Below are positions 56,560-64,000 of a DNA stretch of 64,000 nucleotides, piece by piece. The number at the start of each line of letters is the position of its first letter. Position 1 is the stretch's first letter. The stretch is taken from assembly GCA_030583685.1 (NCBI GenBank), contig CP129470.1:479007-543006 (forward strand), read 5' to 3'. The stretch is from Candidatus Dojkabacteria bacterium (GTDB lineage Bacteria > Patescibacteriota > Dojkabacteria > GCA-002793355). The notes beneath the pieces are model-generated. The model had not been told where the DNA came from and did not search any database. It was given only the letters and a program-made list of their open reading frames with translations. The translations under genes and the position numbers were made by a program.

Positions 56560-58145
56560 GAGAGTAATTGATTTACCATGTCGATATCATTCCAGGGGTA
56601 TTCTGTTGTTCCAAAACAGAGTGATTGTTCATGTGCTTTACCCGCAATTAAGACTATGTCGCCTTCTTGTGCAAGTTCAAGTGCTTTTTCTATTGCTTGT
56701 TTTCTCACTTCCGTCAGGAGCGAATCATCATCAAAGCGAATGAGTTGTTTTTCTGGAGTTGCTGTTCGCTTCCACCCACTTGCAATTGCATCATTAATGT
56801 CCTGTAAACGCTCTGTTCTCGGATCCTCTGCGGTGAGAAGAGAAATGTCTGCAAATTTTCCAGCGGCTTCTCCCATGGGTTCACGCTTCGTTGCGTCACG
56901 TTTTCCCGCGCAACCGAAAACAACGATAAGTTTTTTCCCTTGGGGAAGAATTTTTCGCATAGCGGTTAAGGCGTTAGTGAGGGCATTTGCTGTGTGTGCG
57001 AAATCGACGATAACTTTAAAAGGTATATCTTGCATAACCTGCATTCTTCCGGTCACTGTTTCAAAGTCTGATAAGTGTGGAGCAATTTTTGTAACGGGAA
57101 GATCTTGAACGGCAGCAACAGTTGCAATTGCGGCTAATGCATTAGACACGTTATACAACCCAAGAATTGGGAGTTCACAATAGGTGTTTTCAACCATAAA
57201 GGCGAGATAAGGTGTTTCAGTAATTTTTTCTGCAAATAAGGTTGCTGTGGCATCATGAATACTGTAACTGAGGATTTTTCTTGAGAGCCTCGTTGCTTGT
57301 GCAAGTAGAGGAGCATACGAGCGATCATCTTTATTAAGAATCACTGCACTCGTAGGGAAGGTATGTTCTGTCAAGAGCAACTCTTTTGCGGCATAATAAT
57401 TTTCCCATGTTTTATGGTAGTCGAGGTGTTCGCTCGTTATGTTTGTATACGCAATTGCATGAAACTTCAATCCGGGAATCCTTCCCATTGCCAAGCCATG
57501 TGAGGTTACTTCAATAATTGCGTGTGTACATTTTGCGGCCTCTAACTTGAGTATGAGCGTATGCAGTTCCTGTGCAGACGGAGTTGTAGTATGGAAACCT
57601 GTATCGATTTCTTCCTCCCCGATCTTAGCGGAAACAGTTGAAACAAGCCCCGGTTTGAACCCAGCTTTTTTGAGAAGATGATAAATCATCGTGCTGGTAC
57701 TTGTTTTTCCATCTGTACCAGTAACTGCGATATAGGTCATTTTTTTTGAATCAATACTATACAAGGGAGCAATGTTGGAGTTATGAAATGCAGATACTTC
57801 AGATTCAGAAAGTATTTTTGCTTCAAAGGCATGCTGAAGCGTTGTCGTGAACTCACCGACGTCATAATGCTCTATATTTTGATTTTCATTGAGCAATACA
57901 TCAAGAATCTGGTTGGGGAGTCCGGGAGAGTAGACGAATAAAGTCGTTCCGTCTTCAAGTCTTCCTTTAGGATTTTGGTAAGTAATTCTTGCACCAAGCT
58001 TTTCAAGCTCTTCTGTTTTTTCAGATTTTGTGATGTCGAAACCATAAACAGGTACCCCCAAGTGAAGGAAAAACTTCGCGACAAAATAAACGCCTCCACC
58101 TCCAATTCCTATACAAGCGACTTTCTTCTGACTTTCATAGTTCAT
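56556..58145 (-). CDS. murE: Mur ligase, MurE-like C-terminal domain with a MurC/MurD-type N-terminal Rossmann domain.
   Basis: VTGTDGKTSTSTMI P-loop. C-terminal VFGCAGKRDATKREPMG...TAEDPRTE (MurE signature). N-terminal ACIGIGGGG...GFD resembles MurC/MurD. Confidence 0.65.
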   Translation of the reverse strand: MNYESQKKVACIGIGGGGVYFVAKFFLHLGVPVYGFDITKSEKTEELEKLGARITYQNPKGRLEDGTTLFVYSPGLPNQILDVLLNENQNIEHYDVGEFTTTLQHAFEAKILSESEVSAFHNSNIAPLYSIDSKKMTYIAVTGTDGKTSTSTMIYHLLKKAGFKPGLVSTVSAKIGEEEIDTGFHTTTPSAQELHTLILKLEAAKCTHAIIEVTSHGLAMGRIPGLKFHAIAYTNITSEHLDYHKTWENYYAAKELLLTEHTFPTSAVILNKDDRSYAPLLAQATRLSRKILSYSIHDATATLFAEKITETPYLAFMVENTYCELPILGLYNVSNALAAIATVAAVQDLPVTKIAPHLSDFETVTGRMQVMQDIPFKVIVDFAHTANALTNALTAMRKILPQGKKLIVVFGCAGKRDATKREPMGEAAGKFADISLLTAEDPRTERLQDINDAIASGWKRTATPEKQLIRFDDDSLLTEVRKQAIEKALELAQEGDIVLIAGKAHEQSLCFGTTEYPWNDIDMVNQLLS

Positions 58146-59509
58146 GTGAGCAATTCTGGAATAATTTTATCTATATCCCCTGCACTGACGAGCAATAGCA
58201 ACGTTTGGTCATCACTCTGTTTCATTGCCAGTTCCCTTGTTTTTTCGTACGGCGGAGTGTCATTTGTAGAGAAAAATGTTTTTTTAGGAAATCGCTTTTG
58301 GATGGCGTCTGCGAATTCTTGATTGCTTATCAGTTGCTTGTCTGCATCGCTTTCTCGTACTGAGTAAATATTGGGGAAGATAATGACATCCGCAAGTTTC
58401 AGGGACTCCACGAGTGCATCTTTAAATGTCGCTGTTCTTTCGTAATTGTGAGGTTGGTAGATGACCACTAATTTCTTTTCTGGAAATGCCTCCTTGGCTC
58501 CTTGCAAACAAGCCTCAACTTTCTGTGGATTATGCGCGAAATCTTTATAGACTAAGGTACCTTTCTTTGTGATTCCTTTATATTCAAAGCGAGCAGAGAC
58601 GCCGGGAAATGTCGCAAGCGCGTTACGGATATCAGCGTCTGTAAGTCCAAGCACCGTTCCAACTGCATAGGCACGCAGCAAATTTTCTTGATTATGATGT
58701 CCAAAAAGAAGTGGAGACTCGATTTTTCCAACGGTTTGGCGTAGCGAAGCAATATCAAGTATTGTTGCCTTTCCTTTGTATTTTTGAAGAGCGGCTGATT
58801 CATTTTTCCTTTGTGCATCAATGATGACGTGCGATTGTGTCGGATGAAGAAATTCCGTAAACGCGGCGTTATACGATTCTTGTGTAGGGTAGTAGTCGGT
58901 ATGATCAAGATCAATATGGGTGATAACAGAAATAAATGGTTCTGGTGCACGACTTAAGAATTGTTTTTTATACTCGCACGCTTCAAGAACGAGATAGGGA
59001 CTTTCGGGGTGAATTTCCCAGTTGGTATTAATCTCTGCAATCGTATCTTTTGCATCACCAACAATAAAATTAGGGGTACCGATAATCTTATGGAGTAGCC
59101 AGGTAATTAGAGAGGTCGTTGTTGTTTTTCCATGTGTTCCTGCAATTGCAATCGTTTTGAACTGTGTACTGATTGCCCCAAGTAGTTCTTGTACAAGTAC
59201 ATAAGGTCTCTTTTTATTCTCTGTTTCTTGCACTTCCGGATTTCCGGGAATGATACCGTTGGGAAAAATGACTAAGTCGATATCATCAGTGATATATTCA
59301 GCACTGTGGCCACCAACGTAGAGTACTTTTTCAGCAATCCATCTCTTTGCTGCATCTGACTCCTGATTTGCTTCTGAAGCAGTAACGGTGATTTCTTTTT
59401 GTTGCAAGAAACGTGCCGAAAAACTGCAAAAAGGAGAAGTGATACCGATGAAGTGAACTTTTCGCAATCGTGGCAAGAGTGAAAGTAATTGTTCTCGTGA
59501 CAAATGCAT
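58142..59509 (-). CDS. murC: UDP-N-acetylmuramate--L-alanine ligase.
   Basis: IAIAGTHGKTTTTSLI. C-terminal VVIYQPHNYERT...ADVIIFPNIYSVRE (MurC pattern). Confidence 0.75.
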   Translation of the reverse strand: MHLSREQLLSLLPRLRKVHFIGITSPFCSFSARFLQQKEITVTASEANQESDAAKRWIAEKVLYVGGHSAEYITDDIDLVIFPNGIIPGNPEVQETENKKRPYVLVQELLGAISTQFKTIAIAGTHGKTTTTSLITWLLHKIIGTPNFIVGDAKDTIAEINTNWEIHPESPYLVLEACEYKKQFLSRAPEPFISVITHIDLDHTDYYPTQESYNAAFTEFLHPTQSHVIIDAQRKNESAALQKYKGKATILDIASLRQTVGKIESPLLFGHHNQENLLRAYAVGTVLGLTDADIRNALATFPGVSARFEYKGITKKGTLVYKDFAHNPQKVEACLQGAKEAFPEKKLVVIYQPHNYERTATFKDALVESLKLADVIIFPNIYSVRESDADKQLISNQEFADAIQKRFPKKTFFSTNDTPPYEKTRELAMKQSDDQTLLLLVSAGDIDKIIPELLT

Positions 59510-59515
59510 GCTGTG

Positions 59516-60913
59516 TTATTTCAATTGATGTACCAAGTTGACATATTTTTCACCTCGGTCAAATTCGTTGATAAACATATTGAAGCTTGCTGCTCCTGGG
59601 CAGAGGATGACCATATCACCGGGTTCGGCGATTTCGTATGCCGTCGCGACCGCCTTTGCGAAATCGCCGAAATACTTTTCAACTCGAACGTGAGAGTTTT
59701 TCATCCCTTCTGCCATTTTCTCTGAGGCAGTTCCTTCAAGAAGAATGATTGCTTTTGCATATTTTTCCCAAAGAGGGAAAACTGGGGAATAATCCATTCC
59801 TTTATCCATTCCACCGGAAATCATGAGTATCTTACCGGTATATTTGGGTCCAAATCGTTGTAAGGCAACGAGCATCGCCTCCATAGCTGTTGCTGTGGTG
59901 TCGTTATAGAATGAAACCCCTCCAACTTCTCTTACAAACTGCTGTCGCCCTTCAACCCCGGTAAATTCTTGTAATACTTCTTGTATTTGCTGAGGAGTTA
60001 CTCCAAGTTGTCTTGCAATCGCGATAGCACCAAGCGCATTTTGATAATTATGATCTCCGTCAATGCGTAACATATTGAGGTCTACTAGTTTCTCTCCCTT
60101 CTCGAAGATTTCAAACTCATTTCTGTGATAGTCTGCAGTCGCTGAGTTGCTTGAAAAGGTGAGAGAGATTTGCTTTCCGGTACGCATCTGTTCGTGTATA
60201 TGCGAGACTCGAGGGTCATCGATATTGAAGATTGCGATATCAGATTCTTTTTGGAAGGTAAACAGAGTCTTCTTGCAATCGATATAATCTGCTAAGTCCT
60301 TGTGCCAGTTAAGATGATCTTCGTAGATGTTGGTGAGTAATCCAATATTGGGGGAGAGCTGAGCTTCTCGTAATGCATCAAGTTGAAAGCTTGACATTTC
60401 TAAAACAACAATGTGTTTATCTGTTAAATTGGGTAACTCTCTGATGGCACTTTTTCCAATATTTCCTGCAAGAACGGCAAGGTTCCCAAACTTTTTATGC
60501 AGAAGTAAATACGTTAGCGTTGTTGTCGTTGATTTTCCTTTTGTGCCAGAAATGCCAATAATCTTGCACGGTGCTAGTTTGTAAAACAAGGACATTTCCA
60601 TTTCGATTGTTTTGCCGGCCTTGCGTGCAATTTCTAGATAGGGATTGTCAGGTTTGATGGCGGGATTTCTGATGATAATATCATGTTCACGAAAATCTTG
60701 TTCATCGTGACCCCCTAATTTGTAGACAATACTGAGGCCTTTTGTATCAATTTTCGCAAGTGTTTTCTCCAGTTGTTCTGCAGTTTTTCCATCAGTTATG
60801 GTTATTTTTGCCCCTTGGTCGATAAAGAAATCAACCATACCAAGTCCTCCATCGTTGAGTCCAAGACCAAAAATAAGTACTTTTTTATCCTTAAATTGTG
60901 GAAATTTCTTCAT
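59516..60913 (-). CDS. murD: UDP-N-acetylmuramoylalanine--D-glutamate ligase.
   Basis: MKKFPQFKDKKVLIFGLG N-terminus. IGISGTKGKSTTTTL. C-terminal ILMISGGMDKG. The longest ORF extends to 60964, but the conserved start is at 60913. Confidence 0.8.
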   Translation of the reverse strand: MKKFPQFKDKKVLIFGLGLNDGGLGMVDFFIDQGAKITITDGKTAEQLEKTLAKIDTKGLSIVYKLGGHDEQDFREHDIIIRNPAIKPDNPYLEIARKAGKTIEMEMSLFYKLAPCKIIGISGTKGKSTTTTLTYLLLHKKFGNLAVLAGNIGKSAIRELPNLTDKHIVVLEMSSFQLDALREAQLSPNIGLLTNIYEDHLNWHKDLADYIDCKKTLFTFQKESDIAIFNIDDPRVSHIHEQMRTGKQISLTFSSNSATADYHRNEFEIFEKGEKLVDLNMLRIDGDHNYQNALGAIAIARQLGVTPQQIQEVLQEFTGVEGRQQFVREVGGVSFYNDTTATAMEAMLVALQRFGPKYTGKILMISGGMDKGMDYSPVFPLWEKYAKAIILLEGTASEKMAEGMKNSHVRVEKYFGDFAKAVATAYEIAEPGDMVILCPGAASFNMFINEFDRGEKYVNLVHQLK

Positions 60914-60970
60914 TACTACGATTGTACCACCGATTGCAACAGAGTCTCGACAGGCAGTGTACAATCGAAT

Positions 60971-62038
60971 ATGGAAGCATTTACGAATAAATCATTGAAA
61001 GAGTACAATTATTACGGTGTTGACGTTGTTGCTGAAACTTTCTATGCAATTTCTGAGCAAGGTGAGTTGACAAACTTCGTGGGAAAAGTGTCAACACTGG
61101 ACGACCTTCTTGTTTTGGGTGGAGGAAGTAATTTGCTCCTAACAAAAAATGTTCCCATTGTTTTATTTATTGCAATTACTGGGAGAACGATTATTGAGGA
61201 TACTGAAGAAACCGTTCTTGTTGAACTTGGCGCGGGAGAAGAGTGGCACGACTTTGTGACCTGGGCAGTTGATCACGATTACGAAGGAGTCGAAAATATG
61301 GCGTTGATTCCCGGAACAATTGGCGGTGCAGTTGTGGGAAATATTGCGGCGTATGGGCAAAATCTGAGTGATGTCTTTGTGTCTGCAGAAGTGTTTGATG
61401 TGGTTTCGGGTAAGTTTTCAACCTTTACAAAGGAAGAATGCCGTCTGCAGTATCGAGACAGTCGTTTCAAGCATGAACGGCAGTATATTGTGGTCTCAGC
61501 GCGGTTTGAGTTGAAGAAACAGTATGAAGCGCTAGAAACGACCTATCATGAGCGGAAGGGGCGCTATGGTTCGCTAGAAGAGGTATTACAAGAGACTGCG
61601 AAACCTCCCTATTCGATTCGAGATGTGTATCGGGCGGTCATCACCATTCGAACGAGAAAATTGCCCAATCCCGCGGAAGAAGGAACGGTCGGAAGTTTCT
61701 TTGTAAACCCAACCGTATCGAAGGAAAAGTTTGCTGAGTTAAGTCAACTCGTCCCAGAGCTGCAGTCATATCCGGTTGAGGACTTACGGTACACACAGAA
61801 GAACTGGCAAGAAATTCAGGCAAATTACGTCAAGATTCCTGCAGGAAGGCTGCTCGACGAACTCGGTTGGCGAGGAAAATGGGAAGGGAATGTCGGCGTC
61901 TCTGCAAAACATGCACTCTGTGTTATTTCAAATCGAAACGCAACAGGAAAAGAAATTTTCGAGTTTACCGAAAAAATGAGAAAATCAGTTTTAGAAGCAT
62001 ACGGCGTAGAGCTGGAATCGGAAATTAGAATTGTGTAG
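60971..62038 (+). CDS. murB: UDP-N-acetylenolpyruvoylglucosamine reductase.
   Basis: FAD-binding GGGSNLL. LIPGTIGGAVVGNIAAYG. CRLQYRDSRFK. Start at MEAFTNK, with extended -10 TGTACAAT 5 nt upstream. Confidence 0.8.
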   Translation: MEAFTNKSLKEYNYYGVDVVAETFYAISEQGELTNFVGKVSTLDDLLVLGGGSNLLLTKNVPIVLFIAITGRTIIEDTEETVLVELGAGEEWHDFVTWAVDHDYEGVENMALIPGTIGGAVVGNIAAYGQNLSDVFVSAEVFDVVSGKFSTFTKEECRLQYRDSRFKHERQYIVVSARFELKKQYEALETTYHERKGRYGSLEEVLQETAKPPYSIRDVYRAVITIRTRKLPNPAEEGTVGSFFVNPTVSKEKFAELSQLVPELQSYPVEDLRYTQKNWQEIQANYVKIPAGRLLDELGWRGKWEGNVGVSAKHALCVISNRNATGKEIFEFTEKMRKSVLEAYGVELESEIRIV

Positions 62039-62049
62039 AATTTGACAGG

Positions 62050-62832
62050 ATGAGTAAAGTGCAAATCCCACTGTCAATAGTCATCATTGCAAAAAACGAG
62101 GAGAAGTATATTCCCTTATTATTGAAAAGTATCCGTCAACAGTCTGCTCTCGTAAATGAAATAATCGTTGCTGATGCGGAATCGAGTGATAAAACGAAAG
62201 AAATAGCGTTACAGTTCGGTTGTCACGTTGTTCCAGGAGGACCACCTGCTGTTGGCAGAAACTCTGGAGGAGTTGCTGCCAGCTCAGAGTATATGCTATT
62301 TTTAGATGCAGACATGATTCTGCCAACAAACCATACTTTATTGACTATGTATTCTCGTTTTCTTGTTTCAGGGGCAGATATTGCGTCTGTTCGGTTTGTT
62401 TCTCACCAGAGGAGTAAAAAGAGGTCCTTCGAAGAGAAATTTGGAGACATTGTCTATTCTGGTTGGAATGTACTAAGGCAAGTGCAAAAAGTTACGGGAA
62501 AGATTGTCAGTCAGGGCGGAGGTTGCATTCTTGTGAAGCGCGAAGTATTTACCCAAATAAAAGGTTTTGATACCACATTAGCGGTCGCGGAAGATACAGA
62601 CTTTTTTAAGCGTGCTGTTGGGAGAGGCTACAGATATACGCATTTTCCTGACATTGCGTTGTACACATCTGCTCGAAGGTTTTCCCAACCAAAGAATTTG
62701 CCTCGGTATTTTGTGTCAACACTAGCAGTCGGAGCGTTGATTGTCTTGGGGCTTTACACAAGAAAGAAACTAGTTGAAAGATTTTCTAAGGGATATGGGA
62801 AACTTGGTGGAGATGGCAAGAATGATAACTAA
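62050..62832 (+). CDS. Family-2 glycosyltransferase (DPM/GtrB-like) with a C-terminal TM.
   Basis: LSIVIIAKNEE...DAESSDKT...FLDADM (GT-A DxD region). Confidence 0.75.
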   Translation: MSKVQIPLSIVIIAKNEEKYIPLLLKSIRQQSALVNEIIVADAESSDKTKEIALQFGCHVVPGGPPAVGRNSGGVAASSEYMLFLDADMILPTNHTLLTMYSRFLVSGADIASVRFVSHQRSKKRSFEEKFGDIVYSGWNVLRQVQKVTGKIVSQGGGCILVKREVFTQIKGFDTTLAVAEDTDFFKRAVGRGYRYTHFPDIALYTSARRFSQPKNLPRYFVSTLAVGALIVLGLYTRKKLVERFSKGYGKLGGDGKNDN

Positions 62833-62877
62833 CCCTCTTTATCTCTGTAATCCTTTTATAGATTCAGAACGTTAATG

Positions 62878-64000
62878 TTATTCCCAACTAATATTTGCAC
62901 CAAGTTCTGTTAGTTTTTCGTTAAAGTGTGGATGAGCTCGTTTAATTGAATCTGCATTGAGTATTGTGCTTTTTCCTTCAGTGGAAAGTGCAAGCATGGT
63001 TAGCGCTATTGCAGCTCGAATAATGTTTGGTGCTGCAACAGTTGCCGGAGTTAATGGTTCTCCTCCAAAGATAATCAGTCGATGTGGGTCAGAAAGCGAG
63101 ACTTTTGCCCCAAATTTTAATAGTTCTGGAGCCCAGAAGAGTCCACCTTCATATACTTTATTCCAAAACATGACTTCTCCTTTTGCTTTAATGGCAAGAG
63201 CAATGAGTAAGGGCATTAAGTCAACCGGAAAGTATGGCCATGGGGCAGCCTCAATTTTTTGTAACATGTTGTGAGTAAACGGTCTTTGAACAATCAGCGA
63301 TTGATTCTCTCGAACAATGGCAGTGTCATTTTCATATTCAATATGAACGCCGAGTTTATTAAAGGAACGAACAATAAGGGGGAAGTGTTCTGGAATTGCT
63401 TTGTGGACGCGAATTTCGCCACCGGTCATTGCGCCAAGTGCTAAAAAGGTGGTAATTTCATGATGATCACTGCCAATGGTATAGTCAGTACCTGATAGTT
63501 CTTGAACACCGTGGATAGTAAGCGTGCTGGTCCCTATGCCTTCAATCTTTGCACCCATTTGCTCAAGAAAACGGCAAAGCTCTTGGACGTGTGGTTCGCT
63601 TGCTGCATTAGTCATACGGGAGGTTCCCTTCGCGACAACCGCCCCGTTGATAAAATTTTCTGTAGTCGTGACACTCATATAGTCTGGCCATAATTTTCCA
63701 CTCGTGAATTGTTGGTCAATCGAGAATTCGAGAATTTCACCTTTCTTAACTGTTGCCCCAAGTGCCTCGAGAACGTCAATATGTGGGTCAATTTCACGAA
63801 TCCCTAATGAGCAACCTCCGATTTCGTTCTTCATACGAAATTTCTTAAGTCGATTCAGTAACGGCGAAAACAATAAGATAGAACCTCTCATTCCAACGGG
63901 AAAATCTTCAGCGAAGAATGTTGGATTAAAGGTCGAGTGGTTAATAGTCATGGTCGCCGTTTCTTTGTCCCACGTAATAGTAGAGCCAACTTCTTGGAGC
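62878..64000 (-). CDS. murA: UDP-N-acetylglucosamine 1-carboxyvinyltransferase, 5'-partial (continues beyond the window end).
   Basis: Active-site GGCSLGIREID. C-terminal RAHPHFNEKLTELGANI. The frame stays open upstream of the annotated Met to position 64000. Confidence 0.75.
   Translation of the reverse strand, partial: LQEVGSTITWDKETATMTINHSTFNPTFFAEDFPVGMRGSILLFSPLLNRLKKFRMKNEIGGCSLGIREIDPHIDVLEALGATVKKGEILEFSIDQQFTSGKLWPDYMSVTTTENFINGAVVAKGTSRMTNAASEPHVQELCRFLEQMGAKIEGIGTSTLTIHGVQELSGTDYTIGSDHHEITTFLALGAMTGGEIRVHKAIPEHFPLIVRSFNKLGVHIEYENDTAIVRENQSLIVQRPFTHNMLQKIEAAPWPYFPVDLMPLLIALAIKAKGEVMFWNKVYEGGLFWAPELLKFGAKVSLSDPHRLIIFGGEPLTPATVAAPNIIRAAIALTMLALSTEGKSTILNADSIKRAHPHFNEKLTELGANISWE

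Noticed and set aside
60773-60970. Long N-terminal extension of the murB ORF (MFCSFSISYG...) overlapping murD on the opposite strand.
   Set aside because: The conserved MurB sequence and an extended -10 promoter indicate a start at 60971. The extension is an artefact of longest-ORF calling.
62878-64000. MurA N-terminal region appears ~40 aa shorter than E. coli MurA, between the KNAAL-equivalent region and the MRxS...GGC active-site loop.
   Set aside because: The N-terminus lies outside the window and my alignment is by eye. It cannot be distinguished from normal lineage variation, so it is not reported as a finding.

Overview
This 64-kb window is a low-GC, densely packed bacterial chromosomal segment, dominated by housekeeping genes and apparently conserved in order.

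Genes I can support from the sequence:
- DNA repair/replication: dnaG, ftsK, uvrB, uvrA, a short uvrC, an ATP-dependent (archaeal/eukaryal-type) DNA ligase, an endonuclease III homolog and a RecD-like helicase.
- Translation/RNA: ileS, an archaeal-type aspS, an archaeal/eukaryal-type trpS, trmB and rsmA.
- Cell-wall cluster: murA (partial), GT2, murB, murD, murC, a murE-like ligase, murJ and uppS.
- Other: Fe-S assembly (SufS, SufU-like), trxB, a ZIP transporter, an MFS transporter, a GH36-like hydrolase, PAP2 and UbiA prenyl-lipid enzymes, and many small secreted or anchored hypothetical proteins.
- RNA genes: tRNA-Ser(GCU) and a clear tmRNA (ssrA).

The gene style (archaeal-type aaRS, ATP ligase, TrbC/VirB2-like pilin paralogs, cohesin/FN3/Cys-rich surface proteins) suggests a streamlined CPR/Patescibacteria-like or similar lineage. 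This is inference. I saw no CRISPR array, IS element, integrase or rRNA.

Most notable findings:
1. IleS carries an internal ~140-aa Nudix-like domain.
2. The archaeal-type AspRS is fused to a C-terminal ProX/YbaK-like deacylase domain.
3. A T-box riboswitch sits upstream of the archaeal/eukaryal-type trpS.
4. The tmRNA gene is followed 143 bp downstream by a CCA-bearing duplicate of its 3' end (an integration/excision scar) and an orphan hypothetical gene.
5. A divergent PAP2 and UbiA gene pair, plus a second UbiA, resembles the mycobacterial DPPR synthase/phosphatase pair.
6. Promoters are extended -10 (TGnTAnAAT) boxes placed so transcripts start at the start codon, indicating widespread leaderless mRNAs.
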